Assembly: GCF_006345805.1 (NCBI RefSeq)
Contig: NC_043020.1
Coordinates: forward strand, 1,364,001 to 1,428,000
DNA from: Octopus sinensis
Lineage: Eukaryota
Direction of reading: 5' to 3'
Length of the DNA: 64,000 bases
Of the stretch, positions 24,340 through 37,900 are shown piece by piece (within the stretch, counting starts at the first letter, position 1; every line of letters starts with the position of its first letter). The notes beneath the pieces were generated by a model that worked only from the letters and a program-made list of their open reading frames with translations, was not told where the DNA came from and ran no database searches. Both the position numbers and the translations under genes were made by a program.

Positions 24340-24881
24340 AAGGCGGCGAAATGCGTAGCCGTATTTCGTCTGCTGTTACGTTCTGAGTTCAAATTCCGCC
24401 GAGGTCGACTTTGCCTTTCATCCTTTCAGGGTCGATGTAATCGACTTAACCCGTTTGCCTGTCCTTGTTTGTCCTCTCTGTGTTTAGCCCCTTGTGGGTA
24501 GTAAAGAAATAGGTATTTCGTCTGCCGTTACGTTCTGAGTTCAAATTCCGCCGAGGTCGACTTTGCCTTTCATCCTTTCGGGGTCGATTAAATAAGTACC
24601 AGTTACGCACTGGGGTCGATATAATCGACAATCCATTTGTCTGTCCTTGTTTGTCCTCTCTGTGTTTAGCCCCTTGTGGGTAGTAAAGAAATAGGTATTT
24701 CGTCTGCCGTTACGTTCTGAGTTCAAATTCCGCCGAGGTCGACTTTGCCTTTCATCCTTTCGGGGTCGATAAATTAAGTAGCAGTTACGCACTGGGGTCG
24801 ATATAATCGACTTACTCCCTTTGTCTGTCCTTGTTTGTCCTCTCTGTGTTTAGCCCCTTGTGGGTAATAAAGAAATAGGTA
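24340..24881 (+). mobile_element. Head-to-tail trimer of SINE family B
   Basis: Units restart at GTATTTCGTCTG at 24361, 24513 and 24695. The second unit is 182 bp; the first has an internal deletion. Confidence 0.88.
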
Positions 24882-25746
24882 CTAACTTAACTGAAAAGTT
24901 CAAAGTTTGCACTTTTTGGTTGACATCGAAGTTATAAAATATAACTAGAGTTATTCCCCTTGTATCTCAATAGTTTCTTACTACAAACTCAAACGCGACT
25001 GACAAAGATATAAAAGAGCCTGCGGCCCGCGGGACTTTCATAATAACATGCTTAACAAAAAAAAATTACCATTAATCACTATTCTTTCGTAAGGCGGCCC
25101 TTATATTGATGAACCATGTCTCTCGTACGGCCCGATTCTCGAAAACGGTTATGCATGCCGGCTTTACGTAGTAGCTCAACACGCTAAATATAGCAGCCAA
25201 ATCTCTTATTAAACCACACTCTTCCATCTTTTAAAATACATAATAAGAATCGTCGGATAATGTAGTCTGGACATAGATTTGTTCGATTCCACCTGTCCTG
25301 AGTGTAAAGAACGGAAGTAATTTTGTATTGAGTAGAATTATCTCCCATACTTAATTCTGGTTCTGTCCCAAGTAAATGCCACGCACCTGAAAACGGCTTT
25401 AGAATAAGATCCCGATGTATATAACGTGTATAATGCGTATAACGACGTGGAATAGATCAGGCTGTTATACGTTGTCTCGAAGACACACACTGCTAAGTTA
25501 CGGGGACGTAAGCACACTAAACACCGGTTGTCAAGCGATGTTGGGGGGACAAACACAGACATATAAAGACGCACACACATACATACGACTGGCTTCTTTC
25601 AGTTTCCGTCTACCAAATCCACTCACAAGGCTTTGGTCGGCCTGAAGCTATAGCAGAAGACACTTTCCCAAGGAGCCACACAGTGGGACTGAACCCGGAA
25701 CCATGTGGTTGGTTAGCAAGCTACTTACCACACAGCCACTCCTGCG

Positions 25747-25783
<37 letters not shown>

Positions 25784-28700
25784 GACGGCCTCTTTCAGTT
25801 TCCATCTATCAAATCCACTCAGAAGGCTTTGATTGGCCTGAGGTTATAGTAGAGAACACTTGCCCAAGGTGCCATTCAGTAGGACTGAACCTGGAATCAT
25901 GTGGTTAGGAAGCAAGCTTCTTCCCACACACCCATATATATATATATATACACACACACACACGCATGTATGTATAGAACTTTATAAGAGGCTTCCTCAT
26001 AGTTTCCATCTGAAGAAAAAGACACTGATGGCCATAGCTGGTATGATTTTGATCATAGGCCTACTTGATCTGAGCTGACCTGGGGCTAAACAGCGATCAG
26101 CCACTCATGGTAATCAGAGGTTTATATAGGTTTAATCACGTGTGCGCACTCTAGCCTAATTACTTCAGGGTCATCAATTTTCTCGTTATTTGTAAGTTTA
26201 CTAATATTTTGACTGATTAACTTGTGAAGATAAAAATAGAAACAAAACAAATATTTGTCGAATTTGAGTGAGAGGAGAGGATGTCGTATTTGATGATGTG
26301 TTGTCAATAAAGTATTTCCTTGGTAAGTCAGTGATTAGTGGTTCAAATGCCATCTGTTGGCCTGGTTTTACTTTTTTTTTTTTTTAAGTTGGTGCAATTG
26401 GTATTTATAATTTCTAAAATATCATATTTTACTATTGTAACTTAGTGGTTCAGCAAAAGGAGTCCAACAGAATAAGTACCAGGTTTAAAAAAAATAAAAG
26501 TTCAGGGGTTGATTCATTTGACTAAAAATCCTTCAAGGTGGTGCCCCAGCAAGGCCACAGTCTAACGACAAAAATCAGGTAAAGGATGAAAACATTATTT
26601 TTTTAGATAATCCATCTACAAAGCTTCGATAAGCCTGGGCCATAGAAAACACCTGCGCAAGGTTCCACGCCCTGGGATTGAACCCCAGGCCACAAGGTTG
26701 GAAAACAAGTTTGCTAACCACAGAGCCGTGCCTGGCATAATGGATTTTTAAGGTAATTAAATCTACAAAGTTGCTCCTAATTTACCTTGAGTAATTTAAT
26801 TAAAATGTCATTGATTGTTCCCTCTTCTTGCAAAAGTTTCTTTGAACATAGGCACAGACGAGGTTGCGTGGTAAGAAGTTTGCTTCTCAACCACATGGTT
26901 CTGGGTTCAGTCCCACTGTGTGAGTACTCTGGGGAAAGTGGATTTGGTAGACTAAAACTGAAAGAAACCAGTCGTGCGTACAACTTAACCGGTGTTGGTT
27001 TGTTTACGTCTCCGAACCTAGTGGTTCAGTAAATAAGCCTGAAATTTGCAGGGAAAGGATTGGTTTACTACATTAACCCCAGTGTTTCACTAGTACTTAT
27101 TTCATCGACTCCAAAAGGATGAAAGGCGAAGTCAACATAAGGGGAATTTGAACTCAGAACATAGCGTCAGACAAATAATAAGAATGCCTTACTAGCACTT
27201 GTGCTGGTGGCACGTGCAACATTCGAGTGAGGTTGTTGCCAGTGCCGCTGGACTGGCTCCTGTGTAGGTGGCACATAAAAAGCACCATTTGGGCGTGGCT
27301 GTTGCCAGTACCACCTGACTGGCCCTTGTGCCGGTGGCATGTAAAAGCACCCACTACACTCACGGAGTGGTTGGTGTTAGGAAGGGCATCCAGCTGTAAA
27401 AACTCTGCGAGATCAGATTGGAGTGTGGTTTGCCAGACCTCAGTCAAATCGTCCAACCCATGCTAGCATGGAAAGCGGACGTTAAATGATGATGATGATG
27501 AATAATGATTGTAAAATAAAATGTGTGGGCCATGAAGAGAGATGAGTTTTGATGTTCCAGGCAGGGTCATTCTACTAATTATACCATGTAATTAGTCTAA
27601 TTAGTATCATTGCAAATTGCTTTGCCCTCATTCTCCCTAAATAGTACCACAGTAATAGAAATATCCATATCCAACCAAACCAAGATTGGGTTCCATCAAG
27701 GATGTGTTTTAACATCCACTTTTCCATGCTTGCATGGGTTAGACTGAGGCAGATTTTTCTATGGCTGGATGTTGTTCTTGTTGCCAATCCTCACCCGTTT
27801 TCCATGCAAAGTAATGCTTCTCTATTGCCAGACAAGTTCTCACAGAACATTGGAAATAAATGATATGGCTTGTATGACAGCGACACTCATTAAACAACTA
27901 TCACATGATGTCAAAACACACACACACACACTTATTTCTGTCTATCAAATCCATTCAGAAAAGTTTGGAAAGCCATATATATATATATATATTATATATA
28001 TATATATATGTAAAATTAGAAAAAAAAGCCACCTTTTATTAATTCAAAATGAACAATTAAATTACACTATCTAGAAAATTACATATAATAGAAAAATTAA
28101 AATTAAAATAACAATAAAATGTTATATACATTTTTATTATTATTTTTTGCAATTTACTTAATCTTTGACATTTTATTGTTGTTTTAATTTTTCTATTATA
28201 TGTAATTTTCTAGATGGTGTAATTTAATTGTTCATTTTGAATTGATAAAAGGTGGGTTTTTTCTAATATTTTATATATATATTATATTGTGTGAAATTTG
28301 ATTTAGCATTTCTAAATTGAAATTTTTTTCCTTGTAAGTTTGGATTTTATTCCCTCAAATAATAATTATATATATATATATATACACGAAAATATGTAGT
28401 TATTAAAAAAATATATATATCAGAAAAAAGCACACTCTAAAGTATAGGGCAGTAATTGTTACAAAATTTTATATCTTGGACAAAGTGACCCAACGTTTCG
28501 CATCCACAAAGCCAAAGCCTTGTGGACAGCTTGTCAGACTATATAAAGACAAAAATTTAAAATTTGATGGTTGGGCCTCTTTTGGTCCATAAGAATTGTT
28601 TTCCTTTTCCTTCGGGGAAGATAACCTATCCTCATAAACATTTTCTTTTTTTCGCTTTTGGATTTGGTTTGCAAGAGTCTTTATATGAGTTTGTGTGTTG

Positions 28701-30107
28701 AAGCATGTTCTGTTGTGTCTGGGGAGAGTCATTTTCTTTTTGTGCCTTATAATTTAACACACTCACCGGTAAAATTTCCACTTGTTTCTTATTTTTATTT
28801 CCCTAAAATTTTCATTGCGTCTTGCAACCTTTTCAAGTCTTGACTCTGTCCGTTATTTACACTGCATTCCTTTTTGTTTGTGCGCATGTGTGTGATCAGT
28901 GTGTGTGTGTGTGTGTGTGTGCCTATGCATGCATGCATGTACATATGTAGGTTTTCTTTTTTGCTAAGACGTATTTCTCGATTTCTGAGCGTTTTCTCAT
29001 GTCCACAATGTAAAAATTTAAATTTTCTGTCTTTATATAGAGTCTGACGAGCTGTCCACAAGGTTTTGGATTTGTGAATGTGAAACCTTGGGTACCTTAT
29101 ATCCAAGATATAAAATATTGCAACAACACACACACACACACACTAGGAATCCACAGTCCCTCTTACTAAATTTAATCCACAAAGGGTTAGTAGTCAGCCA
29201 GTGGCTACAATAGAAGACACTTGCTCAAGGAGTTATGCAGTGGGATTGATACGAAGGTCATGTGATTCGGAAATGAACTTCCTTATATAGCCATTCTTGA
29301 GTCCTCCACTTATAACACTTCAACACACTACAAATGCACACCAAAAGTATCACATATACAATACCACAACTAACAACAGCAGACATCTTAATCCTTTAGC
29401 ACTCAGATTATTCTGTCAACTGGCTTCCATGCTGGTGGCACATAAAAAATGCACCATTCGAGCGTGATCATTACCAGCGTTGCCTTACTGGCACTTGTGC
29501 CGATGGCACGTAAAAAAAACATTCGAGCAAGGTCGTTGCCAGTGCCGCTGGACTGGCTCCTGTGCAGGTGGCACGTAAAAAACACCATTTGAGCGTGGCC
29601 GTTACCAGTACTGCCTGACTGGCTCTTGTGCCGGTGGCACATAAAAGCACCCACTACACTCTTGAAGTAGTTGGCGTTAGGAAGGGCATCCAGCTGTAGA
29701 AACTCTGCCAGATCAAGATTGGAGCCTGGTGCAGCCATCTGGCTCACCAAAGTGTCATGCAGTACAACTGGACCCAAGTCCACATGGTTGGGAACCAAGC
29801 TTCTCAACCACACAGCTACACCTGCCCCATAAACATTTCAAACCACAACTGAGAATACCAGACATGCTGCTATTCTCACTAGCAACAATAACCCAATTAA
29901 TGAAGATTCTATGTAGTGACTTGAATTAATAGAAACAGGAGAATCAGTTAATTATGATTCTATTTAACATATTCCCCTCTCAGATTCACACATTTATTGC
30001 AGTAGTCCTTCAGTTTTTCTGAGCCCTGTAAAAGAACTCGGAAGATTGGGCCTCCCAACCTGGCTCTTTTGAGATACAATTAAGCAGGAACTTTTCAGCA
30101 CCCCTTC

Positions 30108-30825
30108 ATATATATATATATAATAATTACTATATATACATATACATATATATATATACATTATACATATACATATATATATAAATATAAATATATATAT
30201 ATATACATATATTAGTATATATACATTACATATATATAAATTAGATACATATACCTATATATATATATATAAATATACATTATAGATATATATACATATA
30301 TATATATATATACATATACATATAATATATATATACATATACATATATATATAAATATACATAGATACATATTACATATAGATATTATATATACATATAC
30401 ATATATATATTACATTACATATATATATATATTATATATACATATACATATATATATACATATACATATACATATATATATACATATACTATATATATAT
30501 ATACATATGATATATATATACATAACATATATATACATATATATACATATACATATATAATATATATATATATACATATACATATATATAATATATACAT
30601 ATATATATATATACATATACATATATAATAATACATAAATACTATACATATATATATACATACATATTATATATATATACATACATATATATATACATAA
30701 CATATATATATCTATATATAGAATATATTATTATATATATACATATACATATATATATATCTATACATATACATATATATATACATATACATATATATAT
30801 AATATATACATATATATATATATTG
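30108..30825. repeat. Long imperfect (TA)n/(CATA)n microsatellite
   Basis: Direct reading. Confidence 0.95.
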
Positions 30826-31814
30826 TGTGTGTGTGTGCATAATGAGGATTTTCTATCTTTATAGGTATTAACCTTTAAGTGCAGGCATGGCTTTGTGGTT
30901 AAGCAGATTGCTTTGCAATGACATGGTTTCAGGTTCAGTCCCACTGTATTGCACCATGGGCAAGTCCCTTCTACTACAGCCCTTGACCAACAAATGCTTT
31001 GTGAGTGGATTTGATAGATGGAAATTGAGAAGTCCATTTTGTGTGAGTGTATGCATGTATATACATACACATTATACATAGAAAAATATTTAAACACATA
31101 AGAGGTTTGTAGTTTAACTGCTCTTTCTAGTGAGTCAGATGTCCTGTTATGGTCATCTCTTATGTGTTTAAATGTACACAGTATTTTTATATGAATAATA
31201 TATAGTCTATTCACTAATTTTTCCTTCTCGCTAGACCAACAGTAGCAAAGAATTTTTTAAAAAAATTTTTTTTGCTACCCAAAGATTTATTAATTAATAC
31301 ATACACATTATATATATGAGTGTGTGTGTGTGTGTGTGTGTAAGGGTAAAGGTAAATGACAATTGGATTGCACCTAGAAATTTCCCCTCCAAGGCACAAG
31401 TCCGGGCAAGGTTGTTTTTATGGAAGACCAGCAGTCACCCATGCATTACCAGCCTCTCCTTTACACGCCACCAGTGTTATCCAAGGGAAAGGCAAAAGGG
31501 GCTGATACAGCTTGGCACTAGCGACGTTGCAACTCACAGATCAATCCTGGAAATCGAACTCACTACCTCATAATTGTGAGCCCGACACACTAACCACTGA
31601 GCCATGTGCCTTCACACACACACACCACACACACACACACATGTATGTATGCTGAGAGAATGTTACATAGGCAGCCTTTGATTTTCTTTTAGCCAAAGGA
31701 ATTTTTCAAATAAATATTTACATGTTATCCCTTATCATTTTTTGTGCCTGCTTCAAATTATTTCAAAACAAAATTTTAAATACGTATATAAATACACAAG
31801 CACATACAAACATA

Positions 31815-31864
<50 letters not shown>

Positions 31865-32533
31865 CATATATATCTTTAGTTAAATATATACAATGATAAT
31901 ATTATATACTGAATTTATATTGAGTGCTCATTTGTATCAAAGTATTAATAATATTAAAGTTTTTATATATTTAATATGAGCGATTATATACATATATATT
32001 TTTTAATAACATTATCATTAATATTAGGAAATCAATATCAAAAATATAGGCTTTCATTATAGAGACAACTCTCCTGTGAAACAATCATAAGATGCTGTAA
32101 TTAATTAATTCAAAACTTTTAAACTGTCATATACATTATATATTTATACTTATACATATTTGCATATATTTTTATACATATTTATATTTATTTATTTATA
32201 TATTTTTAATACAACAATTATTTTTCACACATGTATATCTTTCTGAGCAGTTTTGATATTGATTTCCTAATATTAATAATAACATATTATAAATATATAT
32301 ATACGTGTGTAGTGACTCATGTTTTAATTTATCCAGACTTATGACGTTGGCCTATTTGAGATATTTCCGGTAATTAGTTTTATTTTAAACTAGACAAGTT
32401 ATTCTGGTCAAATAAATACGCAGACTGGTGCCATTCAAATACATTAAAACAGTTGCTGGAGTTGTTCCTTGACTGCAAACAGAGATAAGACTTTCCCTGA
32501 TCCTGTAAATTTGTTTCAGAAATTTATTCCTAA

Positions 32534-33625
32534 CTAGACTACCCGTGACCCACCGGGTCCCAATAGTTCAAGGTACCTGAAAAAACTGCCTATCTTGGGA
32601 ACCCATGATCCAGTTTAAGCCAAACTTGTTTTATTCTGTACGTATTCACATTTTAATGGTACCTTGCTTTCAGAGTATTTTCCCACTATGTGCTGGTTTG
32701 GCAATTTATAAAGCTACCAAAAAAATCCATGTATCTCAGGAACCCGTGGTCTGATTCACGCAAAACTTGGTTTATGCTGTTTGAATTCACTTTTCAATGG
32801 TACCTTACTTTCAAAGCATTTTCCCCATTATGTACCAGTTTGGCTAGTTATAAAGGTATCCCAAAATACACGTATCTCAGGAATCTGTGGTCCAATTTTC
32901 GCAAAGCTTGTTTTATTCCGTTTGTATTTGCATTTCAATAGTACCTTTCCCAGTAATTTCCCATTATAATCTGGTTTGTTTGTATCAAATTACAGACAAG
33001 CAAACCGCATATCTCAGGAACCCATAGTCCGATTTACGCAAAACGTGTCATTCAATTTGCATTCCTATTACAGGGGCTCTTACAAACAAACAAGCATGCA
33101 AAAAAAACTACCCTGGTGTTCACAGTGAAGGGCAATAACTCCAGGTTTCACTTTGTGGAAACAAACCCCAAAAAACTATGTTTCTCAGGAATCCATGGTC
33201 CAATTTATGTGAAACTGGTTTTATTCTGTCTGTAGTCACATACACAAGGGGTACCTTACTTTCAGACTATTTTCCCATTATGCACTAGTTTGGCTGCATT
33301 AAATTACAGACAAACACACAAGCAAGCAATCACAGACTTTTAGTATTATAAAAATAATAAATGCGCCCTTTTTAAAGCCTAGCCAGGCTGATGGGCCCAG
33401 TTTCCTGGTTTCAATGGCGTATGTGTTCCCTAGCTGGATGGGACGCCAGTCCATCGCAGCGTTACTCATTTTTGCCAGCTGAGTGGACTAGAGCAACGTG
33501 AAATGAAGTGTTTTGCTCAAGAACACAATACATCGCTCAGTTCAGGAATCGAAACCACAATCTTACGATCATGATGCTGACACTCTAACCACTAAGCCAC
33601 GTGCCTCCACTTAGTATTATATAGA
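32534..33625 (-). mobile_element. Non-autonomous Helitron-like element with ~140-bp internal tandem units
   Basis: On the minus strand the 5' end is TCTATATAATACTAA (33625 leftwards) and the 3' end is ...ACCCGGTGGGTCACGGGT-AGT-CTAG|T, a subterminal hairpin plus CTAG followed by T. Internal units start TATCTCAGGAACC at ~32591, 32732, 32873, 33010 and 33121. Confidence 0.7.
33351..33610 (-). mobile_element. tRNA-derived SINE, family D (V-SINE-like motif), inserted in the Helitron-like element
   Basis: Flanked by an 11-bp direct repeat TTAGTATTATA (33340-50 and 33611-21). Minus-strand head GTGGAGGCACGTGGCTTAGTGGTTAG, B-box GGTTTCGATTCC and motif GCGATGGACTGGCGTCCCATCCAG. Fragments at ~5075-5200, 5440-5690 and 31530-31615. 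Confidence 0.8.
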
Positions 33626-33851
33626 CACTGAAAAATTATCTCCCCTTTCCACAGAGTTGCTGGCAACAGCTGCTAGGCTTTTGTTTTCTTTAATTAGGAT
33701 AGAAATTGATTAAGTGAAATATGCTACAACACACTTTTAACTCTTTCTTTCTATTACACGTATCTTTTACTTGCTGCAGTGAGTGGGCTGTGGCCATGCT
33801 GGGGCACCACCTTGAAGTGTTTAGCTGAACAAATCAGAGAGAGAGAGAGAG

Positions 33852-33896
<45 letters not shown>

Positions 33897-34080
33897 CACC
33901 ATCATTGACCATTCATCTTCCATTCCATGGGTTGGATAGTTTCAACAAGTCAGACAAGACAACCAGTGGATGGTCAGACAGATGGACTGATGGTTAGGTT
34001 TGTTTGATATAGACAGGTACATATACAAAGATGGAGATAGAGAAAGAGTGGGATAGACAGAAGGGGAATTCTAGTTTAAA

Positions 34081-34540
34081 AGCACCATATAACCCCTCAT
34101 AACTATTTTGTAGAATTTTCACACAATTTTTGCAAATTTATGTTCTACACACAGGAATTCATATGATTATGCAAAAAAAAAACTTTCTTAAATGCCTCCT
34201 CCCTGCTTTAATCCTTAAAGTTCCATCCTTTTTCTAATTTATTTGCTTAAATCCCAGCAATGGACCATTCTTTGGTGAATCGTCATTCCATTAAATGTGC
34301 CAATGGGGGCAAAAATATTGAAAAACACCAATACATGTCAGAGAGACAAAAACACAAGGAAGGTATCAGGTGGTCATGAGATGCGCTAAAGACAACAGCT
34401 AAAGCACCTGTAAATCACAAATAACTACTTTTTTTTGTTTTTGCATAATCATATGCATTCCAGTGTGTAGAATATAAATTTGCAAAACTTTTGTAAAAAT
34501 TTCAAAAAATAAAAAAGTTATGAGGGGTTACATGGGGTGC
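34081..34540. mobile_element. MITE with ~105-bp imperfect TIRs and TTAA flanks (Kolobok-like)
   Basis: AGCACCATATAACCCCTCATAAC...CATATGATTATGCAAAAA is mirrored by TTTTTGCATAATCATATG...GTTATGAGGGGTTACATGGGGTGCT; TTAA on both sides. The superfamily is inferred from the purine start and TTAA. Confidence 0.6.
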
Positions 34541-34653
34541 TTAAAGCAGAATTCTACGAGAGAGCATCCAAATGTATTTGGTACTAGAAATGTGTCTCGT
34601 GTAATGAGTGGAAGCATATTTGATGTCCTCTGTCTGTCTGTCTCTGAGTGAGT

Positions 34654-34690
<37 letters not shown>

Positions 34691-34906
34691 CCTACAGAGA
34701 CGGAACTAAGAGAGAAAAGCTAAAGTTAAATGCTGGTTGTATCCTAAAACACTCCACCATTTAACCTCTGACCGACCTGGCTTGACCTTACTTTGTCTTT
34801 CAAATTGTAACATTTAACGCAAGCAGACAGAGTAACTTGAGGTCACAATCTGGATTTTTCTTCTTTTTTTTTACTGTAGCAACAACAACAACAGCAATAA
34901 CAACAC

Positions 34907-34938
<32 letters not shown>

Positions 34939-37900
34939 ATTAGCTGGCACTAGGTCACCTCAGATAGAGGGTATGTTCTTGAAAGAATTCTAACTACACA
35001 CACAAACATCTATATATCTATACACATACACACACGAAAGAATTTCAGCTTCACATATACACATATATATATATATATATATACAGTTGTGCATATAGAG
35101 GCATATACATGAACGTACACATACATAGTTGTGGCCTAGTGAGCCAAACTTCTCAATTTTCTTTTTTCTACTCTCCTGACTATGAGGTGAATGAGAGAAC
35201 CAGAGAGAGAGAGAGAGAGAATGAGAAAGCCAGACAGAAAGGGTGAAAGAACCATATGAAGAGGAAGAGAGAGAAAAAAAAAGAAGCAGAAAACCTCATG
35301 ATGAGAGGGAGTTACTGAATGTGTGTGTGTGAGAGAGAGTAAGGGAGAGGGAGAGAGAGAGAGAGAGAAAGTGAGGGAGAGAGAGTAAGGGAGAGGGAGA
35401 GAGAGAGAGAGAGAGAAAGTGAGGGAGAGAGAGTAAGGGAGAGAAAGAGAATGAGAGAGAGAGAGAATGAGAGAGAGAGAGAGAGTGTAAGAGGGTGTGA
35501 GAGAGTGAGAGAGAGTGTAAGAGGGTGTGAGAGAGTGAGAGAGAGTGTAAGAGGGTGTGAGAGAGTGAGAGAGAGAGAGTGTAAGAGAGTGTGTGTGTGA
35601 GAGAGAGAGAGAGAGAGATAGTAATGTGTAATTCCTTTATTTCGAAGTGTTGGACTTGACAGAAATGATAAAAGGCAAATGGAAAAATTTCTATGTGAAA
35701 TAGCAGCAGAATCACCTTCAACTCTATACCCTACCATGTTAAAGATGAAAGGTTACATTGGATAATGTATTCCCAGATATACTAGGTCTGACATAAATAT
35801 TCGTTATAGAACAAGGTGTAAGCATACCTGTCATCATCATCATCATCGTTTGTCTGTTTTCCATGCTAGCATGGGTTGGACGATTTGACTGAGGACTGGC
35901 AAACCAAACGGCTGCACCAGGCTCCAATCTGATCTGGCAGTTTCTACAGCTGGATGCCCTTTCTAATGCCAACCACTCAGAGTGTAGTGGGTGCTTTTTA
36001 TGTGCCACCAGCACGAGGCCCAGTCAGGCGGTACTGGCAACGGCCACGCTCAAATGGTGTTTTTTATGTGCCACCTGCACAGGAGCCAGTCCAGCGGCAC
36101 TGGCAATGACGTCGCTTGAATGTTTCTTCACGTGCCAGTAAGGCGACGCTGGTAACAATGACGCTCGAATGGTGCTTTTTACGTGCCACCAGCACGGAAA
36201 CCAGTCTGCTGCTCTGGCAATGATCGCACTCAAATGGTGATCTTAGCGCTCCACTAGCACGGATGCCAGTCATTGAATTTGATTTCGACCATCCATATGG
36301 TTCTGGGTTCAGTCCCACTGCATGTCACCTTGGGTAAGTGTCTTCTAATATAGCCTCGGGCCGACCAAAGCCTTGTGAGTGGATTTGGAAGATGGAAACT
36401 GAAAGAAGCTTGGCATGTGCATGAATGTATATCAGTTTTCCTCCACCACCACCTGACAGCTGATGTTGGTTTGTTTACATCCCTCTTACTTAGCAGTTCA
36501 GCAAAAGAGCCTGATAGAATAAGTACCAGGCTTTTATAAGAAAGTTAGTATACTGGGATTGATTTGTTCAACAAAATCCTTCAATGTGATGCTCCAGCAT
36601 GGTCACAGCCCAATGACAAAGAAGTAAAAGAGAAAAGAGTGTGTGCGAAAGAGAGTGTGTTTGAGTCTCTCTGTCTTGATATAATGCAACATAGACGCAG
36701 GTGTGGCTGTGTGGTAAGAAGCTTGCTTCCCAATCACATGGTTCCTGGTTCAGTCCCACTGCATGGCACCTAACTGGACTCACATCTCTTTTTCTCAAGC
36801 ATAAATATGAATCTCCTACAGGAGTGGCTGTGTGGTAAGTAGCTTGTTTACCAACCACATGGTTCCGGGTTCAGTCCCACTGCATGGCACCTTGGGCAAG
36901 TGTCTTCTACTATAGCCTCAGGCCGACCAAAGCCTTGTGAGTGGATTTGGTACACGGAAACTGAAAGAAACCCATCATTTATATGTGTGTGTGTGTGTGC
37001 GTGCATGTGTGTATTTTTGTGTCTGTATCCACCCCACCTCACCACCTGACAACCAGTGTTGGTGTGTTTGTGTCCCTGTAAAAGAATAAGTACTAGGCTT
37101 TAAGTTCCAGAGTCAATTTGTTCAACTAAAATCCTTCAAGGTTGTGTGCCGTAGAAAAACCTACCTCAATAAATTCTCTCTGACCCATGCAAGAGAGTTA
37201 AAGTTCACATTAAAATGATGATAGGCGTAGAGTGGCTGTGTGGTAAGTAGATTGCTTACGACCCACATGGTTCTGGGTTCAGTCCAAATGCATGGCACCT
37301 TGGGCAAGTGTCTTCTACTATAGCCTCGGTCCGACCAAAGCCTTGTAAGTGGATTTGGTAGATGGAAACTGAAAGAAGCCTGTCGTATATATGTATATGT
37401 ATCTATCCCCCTAACATTGCTTGACATACGATACTGGTGTGTTTACGTCCCCGTAACTTAGCGGTTCGGCAAAAAGAGACCGATAGAATAAGTACTGGCT
37501 TACAAAGTTCTTATCTTAATGTAAAATTAACTAAGCAAATGTCATTTATCTCCGCCTTGATCTCTGACATCATTTGACAAATGCCAACCAAGATGGCGTG
37601 AATTAGCCAAGCTTTACCTGCTAGAAATAGCAAACCCAAATGCTTTTAAATCAGATCTCAATGCTGGATGTACAACAACCGAATGAAGGGCAGATTTTCA
37701 ATCCTGGGACCATCCCAATTCCAAAAAGGTACAATATTTCTATATAAAGCAAATGCAAACTGAAAATAAAGGGATCCCAGATGGACAGAATTCCATATTA
37801 TTGTTATTATTATTATCATTATTATAGATGAATGACACTGCTTGTATGACAGAGACAATAATTTACATCTACACCCAATGTCAAGAGAAGGATTCACATA

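Noticed and set aside
30410-31214. I/Y/C/M-rich ORFs, also at 15075-15611
   Set aside because: Translations of (TA)n/(CATA)n microsatellites.
37585-37735. YY1-like CAAGATGGCG and a possible small plus-strand exon (…MLDVQQPNEGQIFNPGTIPIPK|GTACAA)
   Set aside because: The donor is weak, there are no partner exons or recognisable homology, and it sits among SINE fragments.
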